From positions 1 to 36,377 of IMG/VR virus record IMGVR_UViG_3300023267_000044: a stretch of DNA of 36,377 nucleotides; one strand, written 5' to 3'. The notes below the pieces were generated by a model. It was not told the origin of the DNA. It did not search any database and was given only the letters and a program-made list of their open reading frames with translations. Of this stretch, positions 16,259 to 24,215 are shown piece after piece. The DNA is from a virus. Taxonomy: Duplodnaviria; Caudoviricetes. A program made the translations under genes and the position numbers. Every line of letters starts with the position of its first letter. Positions within the stretch are counted from its first letter, which is position 1.

Positions 16259-18184
16259 TCATTCGGAGACGGTGGAGACATCCAGCGCGCACTTGCAGTT
16301 CACGCGCTCGCCCGGAGGAAGCCGGGTGTCGCCGGGCCACATGGCGCCGTTGGTGAACTTCGCGTCGAAGTCGACCGTCTGGCCGCTCAGCGACGCGTGC
16401 GCCGACCGGGGGTTGCCGGAGGTGACCCGCCAGGTCTTGCGCCCCTTGAGGCCTGCGTGCTTGAAGGCCTCGACCTTGCCGAACCCGGTCAGGTCTTGGA
16501 CGAAGCCCGCGGCGATCTCGACGGCGCGGGTCTCCACCGCCACCGCGAAGACGTCCTTCAGCGCCGCATCGAGGTCGTCCTGGTCGAGAGCCGCCTCGAC
16601 CTGCGCCGCGGTCTCGAGGTTGATGCCGTGGCTGACGCCTTGGGTCGCGACGTCGAGGTATGCCTCGGTGCGGGACGCGTCGTAGAGGTCCGGGTCGGAG
16701 CTGACATCGTCGAGGGTCGCCCTGCCGGCGGCGGTCGAGATGGGCTCAGCCCGCGACAGCAGGTCCGCGGCTAGCTCGTTGTCCCAACGGGCCTCGTCCC
16801 AGACCTCGCCGTCGAGAGCCTTGCGGGACTTCGCGCCGAGGCGGGACTTGATCACCCGCTCCTGCCGCCGGAAGAACTTCCGGAGCGCCTCCGCGACGGC
16901 GTCCACGTCGTCCTCCGCCGAGAGCGCCTTCGCCGACCGCGACTTAACGGACGGCGACACCGCTTTTGGGGGCGGCGCCGAGTCGGTGGGCGAGGCCTGC
17001 CCGCCCTCGAGGACGTTCAGCGGGGTGATGAGCTCATCCCCGCCGTCGATGGACGGCAGGTTGAGCTTCGCCCTGCCCTCGTTGCGGGTCATGATCGGGG
17101 CGCCGACCATCGTCTGAAGCGCGGTGGCCTGCTCGGCAAACGAGCCCTTCAGCTTCTCGGCCAGGTTGAACTCGACGTAGACCCGCCCGGTGTCCGGGAA
17201 GTCCGGGACCAATTGGAGGTCGATCTCCTGCTCGATCTGCACCAGCCAGGGGCCGAGGGTGTCCTGGTAGAGCATCAGGTGCTGCTGCTCGATGTTGGAG
17301 AACGTGGCGTGCTCGAGGATGCCCACCATCGGCGGCGGGATGAAGTAGGCCGCGGCCACTTCCTCGCGGGTGAACTTCCGCGTCTCGATGTACTGGAGCT
17401 GCTCCGCCGTCTGGGAAGCGGGCACGAACTCCATGCCGTCTTCCAGGATCGGCGTCCCGCCGGCCTGGGGGCCGTTGCCCGCGTACTGCGCCTGCCACTG
17501 GGCCCGGAAGTTGTCCTTGCCGTTCTTGCTCCACTGGGGCGCGTCTGCGGGGCGCTTGAGGTAGCCGGACATGCGGGCGCCGTTGCGGAGCGTCTGCTCC
17601 CGGTACCTGCCCGCCTCGTACTCCTCCGCGAGGATGCGCCGCAGGGACTCGATGGGCGAGCAACCCGCCTTGTCGTCCTCGGGGCGGTAGCCGCGGAAGT
17701 AGACGATGTCGTCGGCGTCGACCTCGCGCTTGCCGCGGTTGCCGCGGATCTCGAACTTGTCGGGGCCCGCCCACGAGTCGCCCTTCGGCGTGATCTGGGC
17801 GGGCGGGACCCGCAACAGCGCCCGGTCGTCGCCAGCCTTGACCTTGGCCCAGTACCCCGCGTCGAAGATGCCCAGGTCGTGCACGAGCGCGTTGATCGCC
17901 CGGTATGTCGTGGTCTTGGGGCTCGGACGGCCGAGCAGCGACGCCAGGGGGTGGTCGGTCAGCCTTGTCCGGTTCGTGTCGGACTCGCGCCGGTAGACGT
18001 GCAGACCGAGCGAAGCGATGTTGCGGGCGAGGAACGTGACCACCATCCGCACCGCAGGCTGGGTGCGCCAGATTTCCGCGTAGTCCGCCGAGTAGTCGTC
18101 CGCGAGACGGACGGCGTACGGCAGGGTCGGCGGTGCTGCGCGGTGGACGGAGGTCAGCGATCCCGAGGACACCACGAACGCCAT
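16259..18184 (-). CDS. Portal protein fused to a MuF-like (minor head) domain
   Basis: HK97 portal motifs (GCSPIESLR, ILEDGMEF, MTRNEGRAKLNLP) to about aa 400, then MuF motifs KTW..R..H..GQ..F..WPGD..NCKC. Confidence 0.92.
   Translation of the reverse strand: MAFVVSSGSLTSVHRAAPPTLPYAVRLADDYSADYAEIWRTQPAVRMVVTFLARNIASLGLHVYRRESDTNRTRLTDHPLASLLGRPSPKTTTYRAINALVHDLGIFDAGYWAKVKAGDDRALLRVPPAQITPKGDSWAGPDKFEIRGNRGKREVDADDIVYFRGYRPEDDKAGCSPIESLRRILAEEYEAGRYREQTLRNGARMSGYLKRPADAPQWSKNGKDNFRAQWQAQYAGNGPQAGGTPILEDGMEFVPASQTAEQLQYIETRKFTREEVAAAYFIPPPMVGILEHATFSNIEQQHLMLYQDTLGPWLVQIEQEIDLQLVPDFPDTGRVYVEFNLAEKLKGSFAEQATALQTMVGAPIMTRNEGRAKLNLPSIDGGDELITPLNVLEGGQASPTDSAPPPKAVSPSVKSRSAKALSAEDDVDAVAEALRKFFRRQERVIKSRLGAKSRKALDGEVWDEARWDNELAADLLSRAEPISTAAGRATLDDVSSDPDLYDASRTEAYLDVATQGVSHGINLETAAQVEAALDQDDLDAALKDVFAVAVETRAVEIAAGFVQDLTGFGKVEAFKHAGLKGRKTWRVTSGNPRSAHASLSGQTVDFDAKFTNGAMWPGDTRLPPGERVNCKCALDVSTVSE
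16930..16970 (-). promoter_or_regulatory. Candidate -1 frameshift signal (C CCA AAA, 6-nt spacer, hairpin, TAA in the -1 frame)
   Basis: Slippery heptamer in correct phase at 16970-16964; stem TCGCCG-T-CCG/CGG-T-CGGCGA at 16957-16930; TAA at 16946-16944. Confidence 0.65.
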
Positions 18185-18188
18185 GCCC

Positions 18189-18395
18189 TCACCCCACGAT
18201 CTGGACGTAGTCCACGTTGGACCGCTCGACGACCATCGAGCCGTCGGCGGGCGCGGGTTCGGCCCCCGGTTCGTGCACGATGGGGCCCTTGATCTCCAGC
18301 AGTTGCGTGTCGGATCGGTAGAGCACGCCCTCGATGGCGGAACCGCTCTTGAGGTTCACCACGACCCGGCTGCGGACGTGTCGCCGCCAGCCCAT
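18189..18395 (-). CDS. Sm/LSm/Hfq-like fold small protein
   Basis: VVVNLKSGSAIEGVL..D..LLEI (Sm1-like) and VVERSNVDYVQ (Sm2-like); GAGGAGG RBS. Confidence 0.65.
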   Translation of the reverse strand: MGWRRHVRSRVVVNLKSGSAIEGVLYRSDTQLLEIKGPIVHEPGAEPAPADGSMVVERSNVDYVQIVG

Positions 18396-18405
18396 TCGAA
18401 CCTCC

Positions 18406-20145
18406 TCAGACGACCATCAGTTCCTCGTCGTCCTCGTATGCGGACTTGCGCTTCTTCGGTCGGTTGATCGCGCGGTCGATGGCGTTCACCGCGGCGGAGA
18501 CGCCGTCGATCTTGTCGCCGGAGTGCTCCTTGTCGGGCTTGACGTTGCCCGCGGCGTCGGTCGCGACGGCGAGGTTGTCGACCATCCACCGGAGGACCGG
18601 GTTGCCGCCGTGGCGGTACTTCGGCTTCTCCTCGGTGCCCTCGAGCAGCAAGTGCTTCAACTGCTTGAGGGGCGGGGACATGGACACGAAGCCCTGCCCC
18701 ATCTGCACCATGTCGAGGCCGTCGCCGCCGAGGTCGACCACGAGCTGGCTGGAGTTCCAGCGGTCGTAGGCGACCTCGCGGACGTCGAACGCCTCACGGT
18801 CGTCGTTGATGGCCTTGCGGATGTAGGCGTAGTCGGCGACCTCGCCGGGCGTGACCCGCAGGAAGCCCTGATCGCGCCACACACGGGCCTCGCCTGCGGT
18901 CCGCTTCTCCAGGTCGTCGAAGGCCCGTTCCGGCATCCACAGCCGCCACAGGACGTCATGCCCGCCGTCGTCGTCCGGGAAGTCCCACGCCAGAGCGCAG
19001 ATGTCCGAGGTGCTGGCGAGGTCGAGCCCGCCGTAGCACTCCCGGCCCTTCAGCCGCTCCTCGACCACGAGAGCCGCGTTGCGGTCCCAGACGTCCATCG
19101 GGATGTACTTGGTGGTCTGCTTCGTCCGGATGCCGAGGTGCAGGCGGAGGTAGCTGGCCAGCTCGACCGGGTCTTCCTTGGCCTTCTCCGCCTGGCCGAG
19201 CAGGAACTCCCGCGTCGGCGAGATGCCGAAGCCGGGGTTAGCCTTGCGCATCGTGGACTCGGCGAACGGGTCGTCGCCCTCTTCCGCCGCCCACACCACG
19301 CCGTAGGTGCTGGGCGAGGTGATCGTTCGGGTGGCGAGGTTCTCGACCCGCTTGCGCTTGCGCGCGTAGATGGTGCCCTGCTTGCCGGTGTCCGCGGTCG
19401 TGATGATGACGATCAGCGGCTGGCGTCGGGAACCCACGCCGGTCTCGATGGCCTCGACCAGGTCCGGCGAGTCGTGGATGTGGAGCTCGTCGATGACCGC
19501 GCCGTGGAGGTTGGCGCCGTGTAGTGCCTCCGCCACGGAGGAGACGACCTTGAAGTAGCTCCCGCTCTTGCGGTGGATGACCTTCTTGGCCAGCGACTTG
19601 AAGTGCTTCTTCAGCGCGGGCGAGGAACCGGCCAACTGCTTCACCGGCTCGAAGACGTACCCGGCCTGGTCGGTGGTGGTGGCCGCGGCGAGCACCTGCG
19701 CGCCGGGCTCGTCGTCGGCGCCGGTCAGGTAGAGGCCGATGCCACCACAGGTGGTCGACTTCCCGTTCTTGCGCGGGATGTCGGCGTAGAGCTCGCGGAC
19801 CACTCGGACCCAGGTGCCCGCGTCGTTCTGGTGGACCCAGCCGAACACCGGGGCGATCAGGTAGGCGACCTGCCACGGGTCCGGGACGAGCGGCTTGCCC
19901 GCGAGAGCGCCCTGGGTGTGGCGGACCCGTTTAAACGCGTTGAGCACCTTGTCGACCCGCTCCGGGTCGAACCGGGCGTCCGCGAGTACCTCGCCCGCCT
20001 CGGGAGTCTTGATCAGCGGCGGGCAGTCGGGCAGCGGGATGCCGCGGGTGACGAGGTAGTAGGCGACCTCGGGCGAGAGCTTCAGCCGGTCGAGGGTCTC
20101 CTGGTCGGGCAGCTCAACCGAAGGGGTCGTCGTCCTCCTGGCCAC
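18406..20145 (-). CDS. terL: Terminase large subunit
   Basis: Walker A PRKNGKS, Walker B AVIDELH, nuclease motifs GGLDLAS and KIDGVSA. Confidence 0.96.
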   Translation of the reverse strand: MARRTTTPSVELPDQETLDRLKLSPEVAYYLVTRGIPLPDCPPLIKTPEAGEVLADARFDPERVDKVLNAFKRVRHTQGALAGKPLVPDPWQVAYLIAPVFGWVHQNDAGTWVRVVRELYADIPRKNGKSTTCGGIGLYLTGADDEPGAQVLAAATTTDQAGYVFEPVKQLAGSSPALKKHFKSLAKKVIHRKSGSYFKVVSSVAEALHGANLHGAVIDELHIHDSPDLVEAIETGVGSRRQPLIVIITTADTGKQGTIYARKRKRVENLATRTITSPSTYGVVWAAEEGDDPFAESTMRKANPGFGISPTREFLLGQAEKAKEDPVELASYLRLHLGIRTKQTTKYIPMDVWDRNAALVVEERLKGRECYGGLDLASTSDICALAWDFPDDDGGHDVLWRLWMPERAFDDLEKRTAGEARVWRDQGFLRVTPGEVADYAYIRKAINDDREAFDVREVAYDRWNSSQLVVDLGGDGLDMVQMGQGFVSMSPPLKQLKHLLLEGTEEKPKYRHGGNPVLRWMVDNLAVATDAAGNVKPDKEHSGDKIDGVSAAVNAIDRAINRPKKRKSAYEDDEELMVV

Positions 20146-20617
20146 CGTCGCCGCCCTCCTGGGCCAGCTTCATCTCGGCGGCCGGAGTAAGCCCGAACTC
20201 CGCGCACCAGGACCGGATGGCAGCCTGGGCGTTCCGCTGGACCCCGACGGCGGGGTTGGCGGTGTACCAAACCGACTCGGTCCCGTCCTTGCGGGTGGAC
20301 TTGTTCTCGACGGTGAGGCCGTTCTCGTGGACCTCGGCGGTCGCCGTGATGAAGAGCTGGACCATCTCGCAGTAGGCGCCGAGTGCGGCGGCGTCGATCG
20401 GCTTGACCAGGTCGAGCCGGGACAGTTCGGGCACCACCCGGTCCCACTCGGCGCGGGCGAGTTCGCCGAGCCAGGTGGGCGGTTCGGGTGGGAGGCGCTT
20501 GAAGGCGGGCGGGGTCTTGACCTTGCGCCCGCCGGAGTCGACGCCTTCGTGCCTGCCGTGCAGGAGCTTGACGTTCGCGGGGAGCTGCTTGCGCCCGGTG
20601 CTGGCCGAGGAGGTCAC
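20114..20617 (-). CDS. terS: Terminase small subunit, P27 family
   Basis: PPTWL..ARAEW, LGAYC, NPAV, EFGLTPAA motifs. Confidence 0.93.
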   Translation of the reverse strand: MTSSASTGRKQLPANVKLLHGRHEGVDSGGRKVKTPPAFKRLPPEPPTWLGELARAEWDRVVPELSRLDLVKPIDAAALGAYCEMVQLFITATAEVHENGLTVENKSTRKDGTESVWYTANPAVGVQRNAQAAIRSWCAEFGLTPAAEMKLAQEGGDGGQEDDDPFG

Positions 20618-20639
20618 AGCTACCCCCTGTCGTCAAAAG

Positions 20640-20850
20640 GCCAGGTCAATAGGCCATTCGGTGATCACCGAGGGTCATGGCCGGTGCCCCCCGGTCACTT
20701 CGTTCTGAGACGGTGAGAGCGACACCCCCGGAGACGGTCTGGGTACCCCCAGCCCCAGCGATGTCGACCCCCCTACCCTAAAAGGGTCCAAAGTGTCAAT
20801 AGGTCCATTCGAGTGAATTTGCATCATCTCGATCGGGGGTCGGATCGAGC
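20640..20850. other. Putative cos/packaging region
   Basis: Non-coding gap between HNH and terS with a G-rich tract, direct repeats and palindromes. Confidence 0.55.
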
Positions 20851-20920
20851 CTCGAGGGCCTCACTGCTGCCCGTCGGCGCGGTGGCCGGGCTGCCTGCCC
20901 TTCGCCCTTGCGCCCGTAGG

Positions 20921-21316
20921 TCAGTGCCCTTTGTCGACCTTGGGCCTGCCGAACCCGCCGTCCTCGGTGGCGGTGATGCGGCTGTGGTGGCCGTGCGTCA
21001 GCCCTTGCAGGTTGGACCAGTCGTGGCCCCGCGGTCCCTTGGGTCCGAGGTTGTCCAGGTGGTGGACGTCGACGGCCGGGGGCTTGAGGTACACCGGGAG
21101 GCGCTCGCACACCGTGCACTGGCAGTAGGGGTTGGCCTCGAGGTAGGCGAGCCTGGTCTTGCGCCAGCGCTCGTCGTAGCCGCGGGCCGCCGCGCTGGGG
21201 CGGGTTGCCTCGCTGGGGCTCCACCGTTTTCGCTGTGCCGGTTTGCAGGAGGGGCATGGTCCGGGCGGGACGGACTGGCGGCACCCGTTGCACACGCGCT
21301 TGGAGCGGGCAGGCAC
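20921..21316 (-). CDS. HNH endonuclease (terminase-associated)
   Basis: CxxC pairs; VDVHH..NLQGL..HHSRIT; RGY..RW; upstream of terS. Confidence 0.9.
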   Translation of the reverse strand: MPARSKRVCNGCRQSVPPGPCPSCKPAQRKRWSPSEATRPSAAARGYDERWRKTRLAYLEANPYCQCTVCERLPVYLKPPAVDVHHLDNLGPKGPRGHDWSNLQGLTHGHHSRITATEDGGFGRPKVDKGH

Positions 21317-21320
21317 GGTG

Positions 21321-21605
21321 TCACGGCCGTTGCAGGAGGCGGAACCGGGCTGTGTGCGGGTGGACCTGGGAGTCCTCGATGCGCTCGTAGGCGTACTCGT
21401 CTGCGGTGTCGAGGGTCAACCTGCCGTCGACGAGCTGGCCGTCGGCGGTGAGCCTGCCGAGAATGTCCTTGCTCACGCCGATCACGTCGTCGGTGGACTG
21501 GACTTCGAGCCACTCGCGGTCTTGGTCACGGTGGAGCTGGAGGTTGACCATGCCGTAGTCCGGCAGGGGCGTGGTGAGGTCGGGCAGGCGCAGGTTGTGT
21601 TGCAC
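21321..21605 (-). CDS. Hypothetical protein
   Basis: GGAGGTG RBS; GC3-rich codons. Confidence 0.7.
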   Translation of the reverse strand: MQHNLRLPDLTTPLPDYGMVNLQLHRDQDREWLEVQSTDDVIGVSKDILGRLTADGQLVDGRLTLDTADEYAYERIEDSQVHPHTARFRLLQRP

Positions 21606-21619
21606 GGTTCACCTCCCGG

Positions 21620-21808
21620 TCAGGCAGTTGCAGCGGTGGGCAGTGCGTCCCGGTGTCGGTCGCAGAGCACCAACACGGACCGCACCTGAACCTCACCGGT
21701 CAGACCGTCCGGGAAGACGTGCACCACGTAAGCCGTCGATGCTGGCTCGCCGCAGATGTCGGCATCCTTGCGGTCGTCCCACATGCCGCAGGTGTACGGG
21801 CCGTTCAC
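21620..21808 (-). CDS. Small Cys/His-containing hypothetical protein
   Basis: GGAGG RBS; GTGA overlap; C...C...CxxH. Confidence 0.6.
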   Translation of the reverse strand: MNGPYTCGMWDDRKDADICGEPASTAYVVHVFPDGLTGEVQVRSVLVLCDRHRDALPTAATA

Positions 21809-22233
21809 GTTGGCCTCCCGTTGTTCGCGATCGTGGTCCACGTCGGGCAGGGCCACGCCATGAACTCACACCCGTACTCGGTGTCGTGGTTCTCGGGACA
21901 GCCTCGGCACTCGAGGCCGGGGCCGCCCTTGTGTGGGGCGTGCTCGGCGAGGAGCGCGGCGAGGATCGGGTTGCCCGCGTGGGTGGTGACCAGGTCCGCG
22001 TGGCGCTGGTGGAGCCGAGCCGTTTCCGCCTCGCGCTCGATGCGGAGCTCGGCGGCTCTGCGCTCCAGGTCGGCCTCGCGTTCGTCGGAGGCGGCACGGC
22101 GGGCGCGCTGCGCTGCGTCCCGGTTCGTGAGGTCCCGGACCGGGAAGTAGTAGCCGCCGAGCAGCGCGGTATCCATACCCGTCGCGGTAAAGCGGACGAC
22201 GTTCCGGAGGGGATCGATGGTCACGGCGGCCAC
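21805..22233 (-). CDS. Hypothetical protein with CxxC...WPCxT motif
   Basis: ORF track; Cys motif frequent in actinophage small proteins. Confidence 0.65.
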   Translation of the reverse strand: MAAVTIDPLRNVVRFTATGMDTALLGGYYFPVRDLTNRDAAQRARRAASDEREADLERRAAELRIEREAETARLHQRHADLVTTHAGNPILAALLAEHAPHKGGPGLECRGCPENHDTEYGCEFMAWPCPTWTTIANNGRPT

Positions 22234-22237
22234 CCGG

Positions 22238-22582
22238 TCAGACCTGGAAGACCAGGATCTTCGTGGTGTTCTGCGTGGCCTTGACGGTGACGATGTCGCC
22301 GTAGTCCGCAGCCGAGCCGATGCCGACGATGTAGGTCTTGGACGCGGCCAGAGCGGCGCCCGCGGTGTCCAGCACGGGCACGTCGGCGACCGACTTGCCG
22401 TCCACCTTGCGGCTCACGGCCAGGCTCACCGTGCCGGGCGTCGCGCCCGTGGTGATGACGAGGAAGGTCTTCCCGTTGTTGGGGAAGCTGTTGAAGTTGG
22501 TGGGGTCCGCGGCAGCGCCGGTGCTGCTGTCGAAGGCCTTGTTGCGGCTGATGCCTGCCGCGTTCAACGGAGTGACGGCCAT
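22238..22582 (-). CDS. Beta-rich protein resembling virion/decoration proteins
   Basis: AGGAG RBS before ATG 22582; AADPTNFNSFPNNGKTFL; rich in Ala/Thr/Val/Gly. Confidence 0.65.
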   Translation of the reverse strand: MAVTPLNAAGISRNKAFDSSTGAAADPTNFNSFPNNGKTFLVITTGATPGTVSLAVSRKVDGKSVADVPVLDTAGAALAASKTYIVGIGSAADYGDIVTVKATQNTTKILVFQV

Positions 22583-22643
22583 GATGCTCTGCTCTCCTGG
22601 GGATCGCCGTAACACTGGGTAGGTCCATGACGAGGTATCTGTC

Positions 22644-22946
22644 ATGAAGTCCGAGATGCGAAACGTCCTGTACGCCGTCGGTGCCGCCGTGCTGCTCGGG
22701 GCTGTGGTGCTGGCGTTCCTGCCGGTTAGCGTGACCGAGGCTGGCCTGGCGGCCGACTGCGGCGGTCCGGTCTCCCAGTCGGCGCTCGTCGACCTGTACC
22801 CGTCGTGCGTGCCCGCGCTGGAGTCCAGGAGCCTGCTGGCCTGGGTGGTCGCGGCGATCGGTGTCGGCCTGCTGGTGACGGCCGGCTACTTCAGCTACCG
22901 CGCCAGCGCCGCGGACGGTGCCGCTGGCCAGGAGTCCGCTGCTTGA
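22644..22946 (+). CDS. Two-TM membrane protein (moron-like, opposite strand)
   Basis: Two hydrophobic helices flanking a Cys pair; GAGGT RBS. Confidence 0.7.
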   Translation: MKSEMRNVLYAVGAAVLLGAVVLAFLPVSVTEAGLAADCGGPVSQSALVDLYPSCVPALESRSLLAWVVAAIGVGLLVTAGYFSYRASAADGAAGQESAA

Positions 22947-22953
22947 GCGGTAG

Positions 22954-23256
22954 CTAGACCGCGGCCGGGGGCTCGTCGACGAGCGGTTCGTACCGGTCGT
23001 CGAACACGCCGGGGTCGAAGCGGGTCGCCTCGTCGGGGCCGAGCAGGACGACCCACTCGCCGACCTTGACGCCCTGCCACATGTTGTAGAGCCGGTAGAA
23101 GACGTGGGCGACAACCTCGGGGTCGCGGCCGTCGTCGTGCTCGGTGTCGAAGCAGTCCTGACCGACGACCGCCCGGACGGCGTCGTGGTTGGAGCCGTCG
23201 AACTGGATGGCCTCAACCTCGGTGCCGTCGGCACGTGAGCGGTGAGTTGCGGGCAT
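22954..23256 (-). CDS. Conserved phage hypothetical protein (EVEAIQFDG family)
   Basis: EAIQFDGSN..GEWVV..FDDRYE; AGGAGG RBS. Confidence 0.75.
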   Translation of the reverse strand: MPATHRSRADGTEVEAIQFDGSNHDAVRAVVGQDCFDTEHDDGRDPEVVAHVFYRLYNMWQGVKVGEWVVLLGPDEATRFDPGVFDDRYEPLVDEPPAAV

Positions 23257-23286
23257 CGGGTGGTTCCTCCTGAGGGATGGTTCGGA

Positions 23287-23518
23287 CGCGGCGGCCGACC
23301 GAGATGATGCCCGGTCGGCCGCCGCGGACCTGCCACGGCTCGTGACGGCGTGCTGGCTGCCTGGCCTGCTGATCTCTGGGCACGCACTCCGATGCCCAGC
23401 GGTGACGGGGACCAGCCGTCGTGCCGCACCCCTGCGGACGTTGAGGACGATCAGCGCTGTTGCGCTGATCGGGTGAATGGGGCAACGGTGTGCCTGGGAC
23501 CAGCGATAATCGCCAGGC
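23287..23518. other. Hairpin-dense intergenic element, candidate structured RNA
   Basis: At least six inverted repeats, including perfect 15-bp and 10-bp stems. Confidence 0.45.
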
Positions 23519-23537
23519 CGGGTGACGAAACCAGGAG

Positions 23538-23816
23538 GTGCCTGTGTCGCGAACGCTCACGGCCGTGGTGGTTGTCGCCGTCCTTGTGACGGGCCTTGCC
23601 GTCTGGCTCGGGCTCACCGCGCCGTCGCCCACGTCTGACTTTGTCCTCATCGCGGCAGGCGCCTCGTGGGTCATCGTGACCCTCGTGTGGGGCACCGAGA
23701 GGATCTGCCGCGAGATGGGCCGGTCAGCCGATGCCTTCGCTGAGCACTTCGAGCAGGCGGTCGACGAGACGATCCAGCGGTTGCAGACGTCCGGCGAAGG
23801 CCCGGCACGGCGTTGA
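23538..23816 (+). CDS. Two-TM membrane protein (opposite strand)
   Basis: AGGAGG RBS (start 23538 or 23544); two hydrophobic helices. Confidence 0.65.
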   Translation: MPVSRTLTAVVVVAVLVTGLAVWLGLTAPSPTSDFVLIAAGASWVIVTLVWGTERICREMGRSADAFAEHFEQAVDETIQRLQTSGEGPARR

Positions 23817-23894
23817 TCTACCGCCCGGCGCCATTCTGCAGCGACGCGGTACCGCTGGCGGATTCGTTGTGGAGCGGGACGGTGCCGACACGAC

Positions 23895-23928
23895 GAAGCC
23901 CCCAGGCCCGGAGGACCGTGGGGGCTTC
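23895..23928. terminator. Terminator-like hairpin just downstream of the putative late promoter
   Basis: GAAGCCCCCA..TGGGGGCTTC inverted repeat. Confidence 0.65.
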
Positions 23929-23955
23929 TGTGGACACACCTCTACCGCTGCACGA

Positions 23956-23985
23956 AGCGTGTCAGATCAAGTGATCTCTCGTCAA
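23956..23985 (-). promoter_or_regulatory. Putative late promoter with a dyad in the spacer
   Basis: TTGACG-N18-CACGCT; spacer contains AGATCA-CT-TGATCT. Confidence 0.5.
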
Positions 23986-24215
23986 GCTGCCTGATCGGCA
24001 AGTCTGCCGCGCTGCTCGCGCCGCTCGATGTAGGCCATCACCTCGCGCAGGTCATACCCCTCGGGGGTACGGGTGACGTAGCCGCGGCGTGTCCAGTTGC
24101 GGAGCGAGGCGGGCTTGATGACGAGGTGGGGGCGGCCGGTGCGCGCGGCCTCCTCGGCGAGCACCAACCGCACGAGGTCGGAGGGGACGCGAGGTCCGCC
24201 GGTGGGAGTGGTCAT
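23982..24215 (-). CDS. Small MerR/Xis-like HTH protein, candidate late regulator
   Basis: PASLRNWTRRG..YDLREV; ATGA overlap; last gene before the putative late promoter. Confidence 0.7.
   Translation of the reverse strand: MTTPTGGPRVPSDLVRLVLAEEAARTGRPHLVIKPASLRNWTRRGYVTRTPEGYDLREVMAYIERREQRGRLADQAA

Noticed and set aside
13728-16685. 985-aa plus-strand ORF and other long antisense ORFs (e.g. 7764..8846, 17213..18292, 18334..19524, 31936..33450)
   Set aside because: Shadow ORFs typical of high-GC DNA, lying opposite well-supported genes and lacking motifs.
16259-16940. MuF-linked polymorphic toxin
   Set aside because: The MuF-like domain ends a few residues after NCKC, with no toxin extension and no immunity gene.
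19929-19936. GTTTAAAC in terL (contains the UUUAAAC slippery heptamer)
   Set aside because: Wrong phase for a -1 shift out of terL (read TTT AAA), and the frame that could shift into terL is closed at 20082 with no evident start.
23368-23455. Cloverleaf-like fold as a tRNA
   Set aside because: No T-loop GTTCRA, no D-loop consensus, and no CCA or acceptor geometry on either strand.
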